From Raillietiella orientalis (lineage: Eukaryota), in NCBI GenBank assembly GCA_036172245.1, contig JAYWIR010000040.1, positions 620,001-684,000 on the forward strand: DNA of 64,000 bases, read 5' to 3'. The notes under the pieces are model-generated. The model was not told where the DNA came from, ran no database searches, and saw only the letters and a list, made by a program, of their open reading frames with translations. A program made the position numbers and the translations under genes. Below are positions 60,550 to 64,000 of the stretch, one piece after another (the stretch's first letter is position 1; each line of letters starts with the position of its first letter).

Positions 60550-61977
60550 TGCCGATGCCAGCTGCAGGACAACGCCGTAGTTTTCATAAGATGACGTGAA
60601 TATTCGCCACGACCGTTCAGCTGCAGAAATTACACAATCGTCAGGCACTCGCGGTTAGCGCTCATCCTTGAATACACCATTAGATGGAAGCCGCACAAGT
60701 AAATGCAAAGTGGGAGCACCTGCAGGGTGCTCAGATGCAATTTTCTGCAAGCTCCCATGCCGTCCGAGGTGTTGGCGATTGCACTTCCCAGCCGGCAACC
60801 CATAGAGTGTACCGATGCGTCTTCTCGTGTTGAGCATTCACTGACGGAGCGGCGAGCAGTGGAATGCTCGTTTTCTCGTTGATGAAGCAAACGACCCCAT
60901 TCATTCCGAGCGATCGGATCCAAATTGACCTCTCTGCCCATTTCTTCAGGATTGCACCGCAGGGACGACGCTGTACAACAGGTAAACATGAATCGAAGAG
61001 TCTTAAGGACACCTCAATCGATTAGGTGGGGCACCGCGAACTTTCGACTGCATCTGCTGATGGGTTTCACCCGAATTCTCACTTTCTTGCTGCTTTCAGC
61101 CGTTCGCAGGAATGGGATAATTTGGGTAGGCGACCGAATGGGAAAGAAGAAGAGAAAGAAGAAAAAAAAAAACGTCTTGCACGATCTCTGTGGTTGTGGA
61201 ACCCCCGGCCGCAGGAATCTCGAGGAATCCCTCGTTCGTGAAGGTTCCACTCGTTGGGAGGACCTCCCCCCTCCAGCTTCGAAGAAACTGGTTTAGCCGT
61301 CGGCTGCCTCCAATGTTTGCAGGACCTTTCACTCCTGTGGCGATTTTTCTCGAAAGATTTCGACTGTGGCCAATTTCAACGTCGCCTGCCGGCTGCAGAA
61401 GATCAGAAGAATGCCTTTCGGTTTAAATTAAAGCAAATTTGCACGCGCGGTCTCATTGCCAATAAGTGTCCTCGCTCGAAGCACGCCGTCACCATGGAAT
61501 ATGTCGTCTGCACTCTTCGTTTCGTAGTAATTTGTCATGTTGTGATTTTTCGAGAATCACGTCGATGCGAATTTGCTCTGCTCTTTATGTGTGCCATACT
61601 TTCGTTTCAGAAGGCCCCCTCCCTCCCCCCCCCCCCCGAATTTCCAGGAGGAAGTTATCGGAGGAGATTATAATGTTTTTCCAAAACGTCATTTCGAATA
61701 AATGTTCAAGATCTCCTCAGGCCACATGAAAATTTAATGGTTCCCCCCTCTAACCCCCCCCCCCCCAAAAAAAAAAAAAAAGATCTACCGTTACTTTCAT
61801 TTTATTAAATTATACAAGTTATGATAATTCCCTCCTTAAGGAGACTGAGAGATGGAGATGATAAATTTTGCAATTCATGTCAGAAGAGTTATGAAATCCA
61901 TGTGTTTTCCTTCACTGGTGACTTTTTCGCTCGTCAGGCCTTGCTGGGGATCGCCTCTTTTTTTTTTTTTATTTGAG

Positions 61978-62012
<35 letters not shown>

Positions 62013-62301
62013 CCAGGAAAATGGATGAGTCTTTCCTCATTGAGTGGAGCTCTTTCTTTCCAGCTTGAGATCAACGTTCGTAAGGATTATCCTGGCAACA
62101 GGAAAGTCCTTTCGATATTCCAGGCAGTAAAAACTAAACACTGCCTAGCAGAAACTTCATTAGAAATTTTCATGCACCAACTCTCGTGGAGCGAAATTGC
62201 GTCCAGTTGATGGCAGGAGAATGCCCGTGGCACAAATGGTCTCGGACAGGAGAGCAAAAAGAGGTATTCGTGTTCGTCGAAGTAAAGCACAAGCATTCAT
62301 T

Positions 62302-62336
<35 letters not shown>

Positions 62337-64000
62337 TTTGAAAACATTGGTCAGGTCATTTGGCTGCATCCATCGATTCATCATCGTCATCATTATTATC
62401 ATTACGCTTTCTTGCAGATTCCGCTGATGATGATTTTCCATCAGGTCTACCTCTCCAAGTAAGAACGCATTTGAAAAATGGTTCCTCCAGGACGGAAGGA
62501 AAAGGAAATTTATGCACTTGCGGTAATGAAACGTCTCAAAGGTCTGAACCTCGATGTTTTCACAGGTGTGGATCCCCACTCCCTTCCTGATAAAATCATC
62601 TTTTCTGAACCTGCCAGTTTGTCGCTCCCTGCTGCTCCTTCCTCTTCAGAGGGTTCTTGGAAAAGAAGGCCAACGCCGAAGGAAAAAAAACACACACACA
62701 CACGCACACCCACTTGCAGCGTGTACGGAACACCCTTTCGAACCGAGAGCTCTCCATCTAAAAATATTTCATTGGTTCGACCTGCAGTTTATTTGATTTC
62801 TGCAAGAGGATCCAAGAAACGGCATCCCTTACCGCCAGGCTGCACGTCACGCAATCTGCAGGCACGGATTCTCCCGGGAGGCAGGATTCTGGACCAGCTG
62901 ATTTTTTTTTCGAGAAAAATCCAAGTCTTCCGAGCGTGAACCCCGAACAAGAGAAGCAAATAATAATCATAGCAAATAATGAGCCTCTGCTTCTCCAGGG
63001 CAACGAGTGTTTGTCCTGAGAAGCACTTGGCTTGATACTTGATCGCGTCAGAAGAAGCTACCGGAAACCATCTGTGATGCTGTAACCGGCTTGCACTGCA
63101 AATTCCTGCTCTCGCGGGCAGGGCAGATGGTGGCGCCTCTTCAGAAGCCTATCGGACAAGTTTCCAATTGGATCCTGGGGAATACATGGGAACTCGGGAG
63201 TTCGGTTCCCGGATCCATTCGCCAGGACGATTCGTGCAACTCCTGAAATCCGCGAGGCTGAGGGAGGAGGAGTGCACTTCGTGATGAACGACCAGGGAGC
63301 GGAGAGCTCGCGAGAAAGTCACGTGCTTGATTGGGTTTAGAGTTTCCGTCCGGAATGCAGGGAAACGCTGGTCCCATTCAGAATGGAGATCCCGGGCTTC
63401 AGAAGGAGCAGCGGAGGTAACCGAGTGCTTTCTTTGAGCAGATGAGCCACGCATCAGAGGAAATTTCCCTGTGGGGAAATTCAGCTCCCTCCAGGGTTTA
63501 GGCTCTCACTGGTTAAAGTCGGGTGAGGGAGCAAAGAATAAAAGATCGGCCTGTGACACAGAGAAAGTCCGAAGAATAGCTTCCAAAGAGAAGGATGATG
63601 GTCTCTGAGATCTGCCGAAGAAGAGGCAGACAGTAATTCCTAGGGATGAATTATTGGAGACGCACCTGGAGAAAACAAGCTTTCGAGCTTTTCCCCCTAG
63701 GTTGAAGAAGGAAGGTTGGGATGGACTATTCGACGCTAGGAGCCAGGGAATCCAAAAAAAAATCGGAATACGATTCCCAGGACCGAAAGTCCAGGAGCAG
63801 GGATCCGTCCACTAAACCTCGACACTTTTCGGTCTCCAAGGACGCGTTTCCCTGAGTTCAGAGAGAAGAGAAACATCGATTTCTCAAGAGGAGTCACGTT
63901 AAGTACCGGACGTGGATAGCCACTCAGCAAGGAAGACGAAAAAGTGTTTTCGAAAGTGTGCTGTTCAAACAGCCTGAATGCAGGAAACTGTTCTTAGTCG
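60550..64000 (-). mobile_element. Degenerate L1/Tx1-like retrotransposon (runs off the window end)
   Basis: ORF1-like LSGY...NSGKRV...RIP ORF 63736..63930; SSWRMDPG (~D.WR..HP) ORF 63141..63377; RGIPR at ~61225; WIRSLGMNG..FIN (~W..R.LS..G...IN) ORF 60731..61012. Confidence 0.55.
61980..62012. repeat. (CT)n microsatellite
   Basis: Direct reading. Similar tracts: (CT)n at ~3286-3311, (CA)n at ~55896-55918 and ~59022-59040. Confidence 0.9.

Overview
Eukaryotic, probably arthropod, genomic DNA with no prokaryotic features. Three spliced genes can be modelled with GT-AG junctions in consistent phase: a secreted Gly/His/Tyr-rich GGGYGGH-repeat protein (+, 16426-18326), a rolling stone (rost)-family membrane protein (+, 39646-51504), and a Psc/BMI1-type Polycomb RING-RAWUL protein with a long C-terminal tail (-, 59919-52799). 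A fourth, less certain Pro/Tyr-rich orphan gene with furin-type sites lies at 3441-5340 (+). Most of the remaining sequence is a dense patchwork of heavily decayed non-LTR retrotransposons, mainly L1/Tx1-like with some RTE-like. Every relic I could recognise (about 18) is on the minus strand, often head-to-tail. Five copies of a roughly 0.9-1 kb tRNA-headed, A-tailed SINE-like element occur in both orientations, and its body contains an ordered array of ~43-nt hairpin units. TE boundaries are approximate and were assigned by eye from degenerate protein motifs; no searches were run.
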